A stretch of DNA of 61,076 nucleotides, from assembly GCA_038061695.1 (NCBI GenBank), contig JBBTYT010000005.1:1-61076 (forward strand), read 5' to 3'. Position numbers and translations under genes: made by a program. Below are positions 18,780-27,052 of the stretch, one piece after another. A model generated the notes under the pieces. It saw only the letters and a program-made list of their open reading frames with translations. It was not told where the DNA came from and ran no database searches. This DNA is from Patescibacteria group bacterium. Lineage in GTDB: Bacteria; Patescibacteriota; Minisyncoccia; GWC2-36-17; M10-OD1-4. Positions within the stretch are counted from its first letter, which is position 1; each line of letters begins with the position of its first letter.

Positions 18780-19090
18780 TAAAATCATTGAAACTTTCAT
18801 AGAAATGTTTTATTATTTAAGTATTCGCTTCGCGAATTATTGGATTGAATGCCACCAAAAAAACTTGTTCCCGTTTTGTCTGAGCGAAGCGAAGTTACAA
18901 AATGCAATCCCGCCTATTTAAGTATAAGGCTAGGAAATTGTCACCCAGTAGGTGATTATGCTAAATCAGCGGTGCGGCTCCGCCGCCTTTTCGGATTGTT
19001 TTCGCGAGGGGACTTCCTCGCCACCGCAGGCGGCGAAATGCGTTCAGACTAATTCAAAAATTTTGGATTCTTTCAACGGGAGAACCTTCT

Positions 19091-19510
19091 TTAGAATAAA
19101 AATCTCATATACCAATGTTTGATTAGAGAATTAGTTTCATCAATATATTCTTTTTGTTTATCTGGTTTATGTGTCCATTGAGGGACGCTTGGTAGAATCA
19201 TCAAGAAGTAGAGTAGCGCATAAGGAAGATATCTCTTCTGAAGCTCTGCAGAAAGTGGATGAATAGATAAGTAGCCCTCTGAAAACTTTTCAATAAGATA
19301 TTTACTCATGGCACCCATAGTGCTCGTTGGACCTGGGCCACGATAAAGTACGTTTGCTAACTCTTCTTCACTATGTCCAAACTTTGCCATAAATTCAATT
19401 ATATTAATTGGCCTAGTTGTTCTATACACCTCTACGGTTCTATAAAAACGATTACCATATGCATTCAAACGACACTTTTGGCGTTTTAGATTAAAAAAAA
19501 GTATATTCAA
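19091..19510 (-). CDS. hypothetical protein (orphan; start uncertain, TTG at 19510 or ATG at 19390)
   Basis: Open frame of 139 codons with intermediate GC. No recognisable motifs and no SD. It lies inside the tRNA-Arg islet. Confidence 0.4.
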   Translation of the reverse strand: MNILFFNLKRQKCRLNAYGNRFYRTVEVYRTTRPINIIEFMAKFGHSEEELANVLYRGPGPTSTMGAMSKYLIEKFSEGYLSIHPLSAELQKRYLPYALLYFLMILPSVPQWTHKPDKQKEYIDETNSLIKHWYMRFLF

Positions 19511-19624
19511 CCGACCAGAAAAAGAAATTTTAAGAGTATAAAAAGATTATTTATTAACTCCTTGCATATTTTTTGAATATATGATATTGTGTTTAAATAT
19601 TAGTAAATTATCTTATAAAAGACT

Positions 19625-19891
19625 ATGTTAAGAACAGAAAAGAAAGCTGGAGCAATTAAACTAACCAGATTACATAAAAATGATACTGGTTCTCCTGAAG
19701 CTCAAATATCTTTATTTTCAGAAAAAATAAATGAATTAACCGATCATCTCAAGAAGCATCCTAAGGATAACCACTCCAGAAGAGGCTTAATTACTATGGT
19801 TACCAAGAGAAGAAGCTTATTAAATTACCTAGGGAGAGAAAGCGAGAAAAGGTATGATTCTTTAGTAAAAAAACTTGGTTTAAGAAAATAA
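19625..19891 (+). CDS. rpsO: 30S ribosomal protein S15
   Basis: [48 protein letters not shown]. Confidence 0.95.
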   Translation: MLRTEKKAGAIKLTRLHKNDTGSPEAQISLFSEKINELTDHLKKHPKDNHSRRGLITMVTKRRSLLNYLGRESEKRYDSLVKKLGLRK

Positions 19892-19897
19892 AAGAAA

Positions 19898-19930
19898 GAA
19901 AATTCTGTTTTAAAACGGAATTTTCTTTTA
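19898..19930 (+). terminator. hairpin terminator/attenuator after rpsO
   Basis: GAAAATTCTGTTTT / AAAACGGAATTTTC (one G-U pair), followed by TTTTAT. Confidence 0.6.
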
Positions 19931-19943
19931 TATCTTTATACAA

Positions 19944-20459
19944 ATGCCTGTCATAAAACATCCTAGTCAAAGAGTTGGTATATTTATAGATGTACAAAAT
20001 CTCTATCATTCTGCAAAAAATCTTTACAAAACAAAGGTAAATTTTAAAGAAGTCCTAAACACAGCGGTAGCCGGAAGACAACTTGTTAGAGCTATTGGTT
20101 ATGTCATCTCAACAGAGTCCGGAGAAGAAAGAATATTCTTTGATGCTTTAACAAAACTTGGAATTGAAACAAAGGAGAAAGAACTTCAGATATTTTTTGG
20201 TGGTCTTAAAAAGGCGGACTGGGATGTTGCTATAGCAGTTGACGCCTTACGCTTAGCACCATCTTTGGATACTGTCGTGCTTTGTTCTGGGGATGGAGAT
20301 TTCGCACCGCTTGTTGAACAGCTTCAAAGTATGGGAAAACAGGTTGAAATAATAGCATTTTCAAAAAGTGCCTCATCAAAACTACAGGAAGCATGTGATG
20401 ATTTCGTTGATCTTTGTGAAAAACCTGAAAAATATCTTTTCGGTAAAAAAAGAAGATAA
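19944..20459 (+). CDS. NYN-domain (LabA/DUF88-like) predicted ribonuclease
   Basis: VGIFIDVQNLYHSAK...WDVAIAVDAL...VVLCSGDGDFAPLVEQLQSMGKQVEIIAF. Confidence 0.8.
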   Translation: MPVIKHPSQRVGIFIDVQNLYHSAKNLYKTKVNFKEVLNTAVAGRQLVRAIGYVISTESGEERIFFDALTKLGIETKEKELQIFFGGLKKADWDVAIAVDALRLAPSLDTVVLCSGDGDFAPLVEQLQSMGKQVEIIAFSKSASSKLQEACDDFVDLCEKPEKYLFGKKRR

Positions 20460-20560
20460 TTAAAAAATAATCAATTTCGTCTGAATTATTGATACTCGGA
20501 TAGGTAGACTATATATGTAGTCTAAAATCTGGGTGTCAAAAAAAGGCGATATTTAAAATA

Positions 20561-22645
20561 ATGAAGACACAAGAATTCTCCATCAAAGTTGGAGATAAAA
20601 CTCTTAAGATTGAAAAAAATATACTGGCAGAACAGGCAAATGGAGCTATTTTGATAACCTCCGGTGAAACTACCGTACTCTGCACAGCTGTTATGGGCAG
20701 ACATCCTTCAAACCTAAATTACTTTCCACTCAATGTAGAATATCAGGAAAAATATTATGCATCAGGAAAAATTCCCGGATCATTCTTTAAAAGAGAAGGT
20801 AAATCATCCGATACGGCAGTATTAAAATCAAGACTTATAGACAGATGCCTAAGACCTTTATTTGATCATGGTGTTAAAAATAGTATTCAAATCATCGCCT
20901 CTGTACTCTCCTCAGATATTGAAAATGATGCTGATATATTAGCAATGAACGGGGCATCTTTAGCTCTCACGATTTCAGATATACCATTTATGGGTCCTCT
21001 TGGAGCTGTAAGAATAGGCAGAGTAAATGGAAATTTCGTTTTAAACCCAACCGAAGAAGAAAGAAAAAATTCTGACCTGGATCTCATCGTTGCAGGCACA
21101 AAAGATAGAATAAATATGGTGGAAGCCGGAGCAAATCAAGTTCCTGAATCTGAGCTTGTTAAAGCATTCCAACTTGCTCAAGATGAAATAACAAAAATAG
21201 TTATAGAACAAGAAAAAATTACTAAAAATATAGGGAAAAAGAAAGTAATCTTCAATTTGTCAAAACCATCTGAAGAGCTGATAAAAGACGTTAAATCTCA
21301 AGTTTCAGAAAAAATAGAAGATTTCTTATACAATCCGGACAAGCTAGAAAGGATGCATGAAATTAATGAGGTTAAAAATACACTACTAAAATATATCAAG
21401 GAAAAATATCCTGAAAATCCTGAAAATACAGAGATGTCGGAAAAAATATTTGAAGATGAAATTGATTATATAACTCATAAAAATATACTTGAAAAAGGAA
21501 GGAGATCTGATGGTAGAAAACCAGCAGAATTAAGAGCTATAGAAACGGAAGCTGGTTTATTAGCAAGAACTCATGGCTCAGGATTTTTCAAGAGAGGTTC
21601 AACTCAAGCCTTAACAATCCTAACTCTTGGTGATCCGCTAAGTGGTCAAATAATAGACACTATGGATGAGAGCTACAATAAGAAATTTATGCATCACTAT
21701 AATTTTCCACCATTTTCTGTCGGCGAGACTGGTCCGTTAAGAGGTCCCAGCAGAAGGGATATAGGACATGGGTCATTAGCAGAAAGAGCTTTAAAAGCTA
21801 TTCTTCCTAGCCAAGAAGAATTTCCTTACACAATAAGACTTGTTTCTGAAATATTATCATCAAATGGATCATCCTCTATGGCATCAGTTTGTGGTTCATC
21901 TCTTGCGCTTATGGACGGCGGTGTTCCTATTAAAAAGATAGCTGCTGGAATAGCAATGGGTCTCATGACTGGGAAAAATGGCGAATATGTAGTACTAACA
22001 GATATCCAAGGGCCTGAAGATCATCATGGAGATATGGATTTTAAAGCTGCCGGAACTGATGAAGGAATTACCGCCCTACAAATGGATGTTAAGATTGATG
22101 GCGTTACAATTAAAATGCTTGAAGATACTTTAAAACAGGCGAAGGAAGCAAGACTTGAAATTATAGAACATATTAAAAAGACAATATCAGAACCAAGAAG
22201 CTCTCTTTCAAAATATGCTCCAAAAATTGAAACGATAAAAATAGACCCTAAGAAAATTGGTTTAATTATTGGAAGCGGTGGGAAGACAATAAATGGTATT
22301 ATAGAAACAACTGGCGCTAAGATTTCTTTGGAAGATGATGGCTCAGTGTTTATAAGTTCAACTGATGTCGGAGCAATAGCAAAAGCCAAAAAAATCATTG
22401 AAGGATTAGTCAAGGAACCTAAGGAAGGTGAAATATATAGTGGCGTTGTAACAAAGACAACGGATTTTGGAGCTTTTGTTCAAATACTTCCAGGAAAAGA
22501 AGGCTTGATTCATATATCAAATCTCAAAAAAGAACGCGTTAAATCAGTAGAAGAAGTTGTAAGGAGAGGTGATACCGTGAAAGTAAAAATAATGAATGTG
22601 GATCCGTCAGGTAAAATTCAATTATCTATGAAAGATATTGAATAA
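20561..22645 (+). CDS. pnp: polyribonucleotide nucleotidyltransferase (PNPase)
   Basis: Two RNase PH domains (RSDGRKPAELR..., GPEDHHGDMDFKAAGT), a KH domain (IIGSGGKTINGI) and an S1 domain (GEIYSGVVTKTTDFGAFVQILPGKEGLIHIS). Confidence 0.97.
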   Translation: MKTQEFSIKVGDKTLKIEKNILAEQANGAILITSGETTVLCTAVMGRHPSNLNYFPLNVEYQEKYYASGKIPGSFFKREGKSSDTAVLKSRLIDRCLRPLFDHGVKNSIQIIASVLSSDIENDADILAMNGASLALTISDIPFMGPLGAVRIGRVNGNFVLNPTEEERKNSDLDLIVAGTKDRINMVEAGANQVPESELVKAFQLAQDEITKIVIEQEKITKNIGKKKVIFNLSKPSEELIKDVKSQVSEKIEDFLYNPDKLERMHEINEVKNTLLKYIKEKYPENPENTEMSEKIFEDEIDYITHKNILEKGRRSDGRKPAELRAIETEAGLLARTHGSGFFKRGSTQALTILTLGDPLSGQIIDTMDESYNKKFMHHYNFPPFSVGETGPLRGPSRRDIGHGSLAERALKAILPSQEEFPYTIRLVSEILSSNGSSSMASVCGSSLALMDGGVPIKKIAAGIAMGLMTGKNGEYVVLTDIQGPEDHHGDMDFKAAGTDEGITALQMDVKIDGVTIKMLEDTLKQAKEARLEIIEHIKKTISEPRSSLSKYAPKIETIKIDPKKIGLIIGSGGKTINGIIETTGAKISLEDDGSVFISSTDVGAIAKAKKIIEGLVKEPKEGEIYSGVVTKTTDFGAFVQILPGKEGLIHISNLKKERVKSVEEVVRRGDTVKVKIMNVDPSGKIQLSMKDIE

Positions 22646-22779
22646 ATACCTATCTTCTAAAAAACCGCGTATTTTATATATGCAGTTTTTTTCTTCTTAT
22701 CCATTATTTTCTTGTTAAGAAAATAAATATATTGTATAATACAAAGTAATAAAATAATTATTAGAATTGCTTATATATT

Positions 22780-24024
22780 ATGGACTCAAACACTACTCCT
22801 GCAAAAGAAGTTGTCACACCGAATAACTTACCAATCCTTGATGACAAAAAAATTGAAACTCATACCATGCAACAAGATTTGCAACATCCTAATTTAAAAA
22901 AATCTTCATCTTCATCAGATGTATTTGATGTGGCTACCCCTTCCGAAAAAACAAAAATACCAGAACCTCCGAAACCGCCAACATTCACATCTGATTTAGG
23001 AATTAAAAAACCATCTCCTTTTGATAGATTCAAAAAACCTCAAGATCTTGAAAAAGAAGGAGTTGATATGTCAAAGCTTAGAGAAATGATACCAAAAACT
23101 TCCGATCAGTCAAATATGATTAAACAGCCATCAATGGAGGTAACTAATTCTACTCTGCCACCGATGCCTTCGGAAATAAAACCAACTGATGTGAGGAAGT
23201 TAGCAATAGATATTCCTGGTGAAAAAAGCAAGGCTTCTTTAATAATAGCATTAGCACTAATTATAATTCTTGTTGCAGGTGGAGCTGGCTTTGGCTATTA
23301 TTGGTTTTTTATTAAAACGACTGTGCCACTAGAAATAACAATGGAAGAAGAAAAAGAAAATCCTGAAGTTGTAATAATCCCGGAACCAATTACTCAAGAA
23401 CCAATAATAAATACGGAAGAGGTGATACCACCTATCATTATAATAATTCCAGAACCAGCAACTCCGCAAACAGATCTCATCTTCAAACAAACAATGATTA
23501 CAACATCTAATCAAAAAGATCAGATTGAATTAATAAAAAGTCTAAAAGCAGATGCAAAGTCTATCGCGGGAGATGGGACGATAACAAGACATCTATTTAA
23601 AATTTCAAATGATACGGAAAAAAGATTTATAATAAATAGAGAGCTTCTGAATATGTTTGAAATATCTATACCGGAAACAATATTAGCATACATAGGCAAT
23701 ATTGAATTTGTAAGTTACAAAATAGATAATTCTATAAGATATGGAATAATAGCAAATATACAAAATAAAGATGCCGTAATGACAGCATTAAAAAATTGGA
23801 ATATTGACGCGATTAAAGAATTAAAGACCCTTTTTATGAGTGAGCCCATCACAATACCTGAAAGCCCTAAATTTTCAGAAAACATATATCTTAACTTCAG
23901 CAAAATATATATCAACCTAACAAGTACAGATATAAGTCTGGACTTCGGCATTTCCGACAAATACCTCATTATAGCAACATCAAAAGATATGATATTTGGA
24001 TCTATACTTCACACTCAACAATAG
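22780..24024 (+). CDS. hypothetical bitopic membrane protein (Pro/Lys-rich disordered N-terminus, one central TM, extracytoplasmic C-terminal domain)
   Basis: TM ASLIIALALIIILVAGGAGFGYYWFFI sits near residue 165. The N-terminal 160 aa is low complexity. No family recognised. Confidence 0.6.
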   Translation: MDSNTTPAKEVVTPNNLPILDDKKIETHTMQQDLQHPNLKKSSSSSDVFDVATPSEKTKIPEPPKPPTFTSDLGIKKPSPFDRFKKPQDLEKEGVDMSKLREMIPKTSDQSNMIKQPSMEVTNSTLPPMPSEIKPTDVRKLAIDIPGEKSKASLIIALALIIILVAGGAGFGYYWFFIKTTVPLEITMEEEKENPEVVIIPEPITQEPIINTEEVIPPIIIIIPEPATPQTDLIFKQTMITTSNQKDQIELIKSLKADAKSIAGDGTITRHLFKISNDTEKRFIINRELLNMFEISIPETILAYIGNIEFVSYKIDNSIRYGIIANIQNKDAVMTALKNWNIDAIKELKTLFMSEPITIPESPKFSENIYLNFSKIYINLTSTDISLDFGISDKYLIIATSKDMIFGSILHTQQ

Positions 24025-24027
24025 TAA

Positions 24028-24966
24028 ATGCAAAATTTAACGCTAAAACAATCAATATTATCAACTTTAGCGCATTATGAAGCAGAGAGAGGGCTACCTC
24101 TTTCTACTTTTGAGATTTATAAATATCTTCACAAAGGATCTTTTGATAGAATAATTCTCTCGCAAATCATAATAGAATTGCAGAAAATTATTAAGAATGA
24201 TGGTGTAATAAAAAATAAAAATGGATTTTTCTCCTTAAATGAAATAGAAGAGAAATGCCGAGATAGAATTTATAGAGATAAATTATCAATTAAAAAGTGG
24301 CGAAAAACAAAAAAAATAATTTCACTAATGCAATCAATTCCGTTTATTAAATCAATCTCGGTCTCAGGATCATTATCTATGAATAATATTTTTTTAAATA
24401 GCGACATAGATCTTTTTATCATAACAAAAAAAGGAAAAATATGGACAACAAGAACTCTAAGCATGCTTTTAATACAACTGATTGGACAGCGCAGACATAA
24501 TAAAAAAATAGATAATAAGATATGCCTTAATTATTATATATCCGAGAATAGCGATATACCAATAAAAAATATGGCGTCCGCAAATATTTTTCTTAGAATG
24601 ATCCCTATTTTTGAAATAAAATTATATCAATCATTCCTACAAGAAAATTATTTTTGGATAAAAAAATATTTCCAAAAATCAAAAGAAAGATTACCTTTGA
24701 AAAATTTCAGAGAAATTAAAAGAAATGGCTTTTTGTTATTCTTAAAAAAAATATCTGAATATATACTCTCAGGAAATATTGGAAATGGTATTGAGCTTAT
24801 GCTTTCAAGATGGCAGAAAAAAAGAATAGCAAAAAAAATATATGGCTTAAATAATGTTACAAATCTTATATTTACTAACGAAATACTTATGTTTCATTAT
24901 CCAAATCCAAGGAATGAAGCTATACTGATAGGTTATAAAAATATTATGGATAAAATCAAACAATAA
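24028..24966 (+). CDS. hypothetical protein with a Pol-beta-superfamily nucleotidyltransferase-like motif
   Basis: GSLSMNNIFLNSDIDLFI fits the G-S-x(n)-D-x-D minimal NTase signature. The start is 4 nt after the upstream stop (operonic). Confidence 0.5.
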   Translation: MQNLTLKQSILSTLAHYEAERGLPLSTFEIYKYLHKGSFDRIILSQIIIELQKIIKNDGVIKNKNGFFSLNEIEEKCRDRIYRDKLSIKKWRKTKKIISLMQSIPFIKSISVSGSLSMNNIFLNSDIDLFIITKKGKIWTTRTLSMLLIQLIGQRRHNKKIDNKICLNYYISENSDIPIKNMASANIFLRMIPIFEIKLYQSFLQENYFWIKKYFQKSKERLPLKNFREIKRNGFLLFLKKISEYILSGNIGNGIELMLSRWQKKRIAKKIYGLNNVTNLIFTNEILMFHYPNPRNEAILIGYKNIMDKIKQ

Positions 24967-25037
24967 AAAATTAAACTCCTTGTATTTAAATTAAAAAAAT
25001 ATTAAACTACAGTTAATATTAATTAAAATATCTAAAT

Positions 25038-25400
25038 ATGAATCAATCAAAAATAGATGAATTGAAAGAGAGACTCTTAGAAGAGAAAATGGAGACAGAA
25101 AGAGAGCTTTCAACATTTGCAGAAAAAGATAAAAAAGTTGATGGGAATTGGGATTCTAAATTTCCTCAATTTGGAGATACCACATCAGAACAAGATGAAA
25201 ATGAAGATGAGGTTGAAGAATACTTGGTAGAGCTTCCTTTGGAACGTGTATTGGAAGCAAAAATAAAAGATATAAATGAAGCATTAAAAAAAATTGAAAG
25301 AGGTGTTTATGGGAGATGTTCAGAATGCGGAGATGATATTCCTCTTGAAAGACTAACAGTAAATCCAGAAGCTAAAACATGCATAGAACATGCTGAATAA
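25038..25400 (+). CDS. DksA/TraR-family C4 zinc-finger protein
   Basis: Coiled-coil N-terminus, then CSECGDDIPLERLTVNPEAKTCIEH. Confidence 0.85.
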   Translation: MNQSKIDELKERLLEEKMETERELSTFAEKDKKVDGNWDSKFPQFGDTTSEQDENEDEVEEYLVELPLERVLEAKIKDINEALKKIERGVYGRCSECGDDIPLERLTVNPEAKTCIEHAE

Positions 25401-25461
25401 TATCTAAATTAGGAATGAATTTTAATTCATTAATCTTAACTCGCAGTTAATTCATAAAGCT

Positions 25462-26979
25462 ATGCCATCAAAAGTTTTCTCGGCTTCATTGCACGGCATA
25501 GACGCCAAAATAATAGAAGTGGAGGCCGACATATCACACGGTCTCCACTCTTTTTCTATTGTTGGACTTCCTGATAAATCCGTTGATGAGTCAAAAGATA
25601 GGGTAAACTCCGCAATTAAAAATTCCGGCTTTACTCCTCCAAAAAAAACAAATCAAAAAATAACGATAAACTTAGCGCCGGCAAATATAAAAAAAGAGGG
25701 TCCATCTTATGACCTGCCAATAGCATTAGCTTATCTACTAGCATCAAAACAAATTATCTTTGATTCTAAAGAAAAATTATTCATTGGTGAACTCGCTCTT
25801 GATGGCAAAATAAGATCAGTCTCTGGCGTTCTATCTATTGTAAACACAGCGAGAGATAAAAAATTTAAACAGGTAATCGTACCGAGAGAAAATTTTGAGG
25901 AAGCAAGTCTAATAAAAAACATTGATATTATTCCGGTTGGAAATTTATATGAATGTATAGACTATCTTAAAGGCAAAGAGATTAAAACACCTCAAGAAAT
26001 AAAAAAAGAGATTCAGAGAGATATAGATTTTGACGACTTTGATTTTTGTTTCATAAAAGGCCAGGAGCATGCTAAAAGAGCCCTAGAAGTAGCGGCATCT
26101 GGGGGACATAATTTATCTATGTCTGGACCACCGGGATCTGGAAAGACTATGCTTGCAAAAGCATTCTTAACAATCTTGCCAAGCTTAACAGAAACAGAAC
26201 AACTGGAAACAACTAAAATTTACAGTATTATGGGAAAATTAAAAGATGGGGAATATCTTATAACAAAAAGGCCATTTAGATCACCGCATCACTCATCATC
26301 ATTAATATCTTTAATAGGAGGCGGTCAATATGCAAAACCAGGAGAAATATCTCTCGCTCATAACGGAGTACTTTTTCTTGATGAATTCCCTGAGTTTCAA
26401 AAAAATGTGATTGAAGCATTAAGACAACCTCTTGAAGATAAAGAGATAACCATCTCAAGAGCATCAGGATCATTTTCATATCCCGCAAATATCATTTTAA
26501 TTACAACTCAAAATCCTTGTCCTTGCGGATACTACAACACCGGACAAAAAGAATGCATATGCAGTATGATTAGTATATTAAAATACCAAAAAAAGATATC
26601 TGGACCAATTCTAGATAGGATGGATATTCAAATAGAAGTTCCTATGGTTGAACATAAAAAACTTGTAGATAAAGAAATTTCTGAAAAAAGCTCTGCTATA
26701 AAAACTAGAATTGAGGAAGCAAGAATAATCCAAATAGAACGATTAAAGAAAGATAACATATCCAAAAATTCCGAAATGAGACAAAAAGATATTAAAAAAT
26801 ATTGCAAACTGGATAATGATTCTGAAATATTCTTAAAACAACTTGCTGAAAATAATAAAATATCCGCAAGATCTTATTATAAAATAATAAAGCTGGCTAG
26901 AACAATAGCAGACTTAGATAAGTCAGATGAAATAAAAATACGCCACTTGGCAGAAGCGGCGCAATATAGAATTAAGTAG
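25462..26979 (+). CDS. comM: YifB/ComM-family Mg-chelatase-like AAA+ ATPase
   Basis: Lon-protease-like N-terminal domain (GLPDKSVDESKDRV...YDLPIALAYL). Walker A GPPGSGKT, Walker B GVLFLDEFPEF, and a Cys cluster CPCGYY...CIC. Confidence 0.93.
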   Translation: MPSKVFSASLHGIDAKIIEVEADISHGLHSFSIVGLPDKSVDESKDRVNSAIKNSGFTPPKKTNQKITINLAPANIKKEGPSYDLPIALAYLLASKQIIFDSKEKLFIGELALDGKIRSVSGVLSIVNTARDKKFKQVIVPRENFEEASLIKNIDIIPVGNLYECIDYLKGKEIKTPQEIKKEIQRDIDFDDFDFCFIKGQEHAKRALEVAASGGHNLSMSGPPGSGKTMLAKAFLTILPSLTETEQLETTKIYSIMGKLKDGEYLITKRPFRSPHHSSSLISLIGGGQYAKPGEISLAHNGVLFLDEFPEFQKNVIEALRQPLEDKEITISRASGSFSYPANIILITTQNPCPCGYYNTGQKECICSMISILKYQKKISGPILDRMDIQIEVPMVEHKKLVDKEISEKSSAIKTRIEEARIIQIERLKKDNISKNSEMRQKDIKKYCKLDNDSEIFLKQLAENNKISARSYYKIIKLARTIADLDKSDEIKIRHLAEAAQYRIK

Positions 26980-26998
26980 TTGTTAGTTTATAGTTTTT

Positions 26999-27042
26999 AG
27001 TTTTTAGGTTATAAACACCCTAGCACCTATAACCTGAAAACT
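26999..27042. terminator. bidirectional hairpin between convergent comM and the M23 gene
   Basis: AGTTTTTAGGTTATA (26999-27013) pairs with TATAACCTGAAAACT (27028-27042): 15-bp stem, one mismatch. Confidence 0.55.
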
Positions 27043-27052
27043 AGAACCTACG

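Larger units (their letters stand above)
17961..19560. other. compositionally foreign islet directly 3' of tRNA-Arg (high-GC orphan gene, GC-rich non-coding tail, second orphan ORF; no integrase)
   Basis: GC jumps abruptly at about 18100 and falls at about 19060. Hand counts of 60-nt samples inside 18201-18320 gave 52% and 60%, against 20% at 17781-17840. The islet is flanked by typical low-GC housekeeping genes (cca, rpsO). Confidence 0.6.

Noticed and set aside
18849-19052. 67-aa ORF in the GC-rich tail
   Set aside because: It has no SD and an Arg/Leu/Gly-biased composition, and it spans several hairpin-forming repeats. It is better treated as non-coding (see finding).
20505-20524. Hairpin TAGACTA-tatatg-TAGTCTA in the pnp leader as an RNase III-type autoregulatory site
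   Set aside because: It is only a 7-bp AT-rich stem. Such hairpins are frequent by chance in this composition, and there is no supporting conservation evidence.
26985-27010. Short TAGTTT(T) tandem repeats after comM as a possible repeat array or CRISPR
   Set aside because: There are only 3 irregular copies, and they form the left arm of the convergent-terminator hairpin. No repeat-spacer periodicity exists anywhere in the window.
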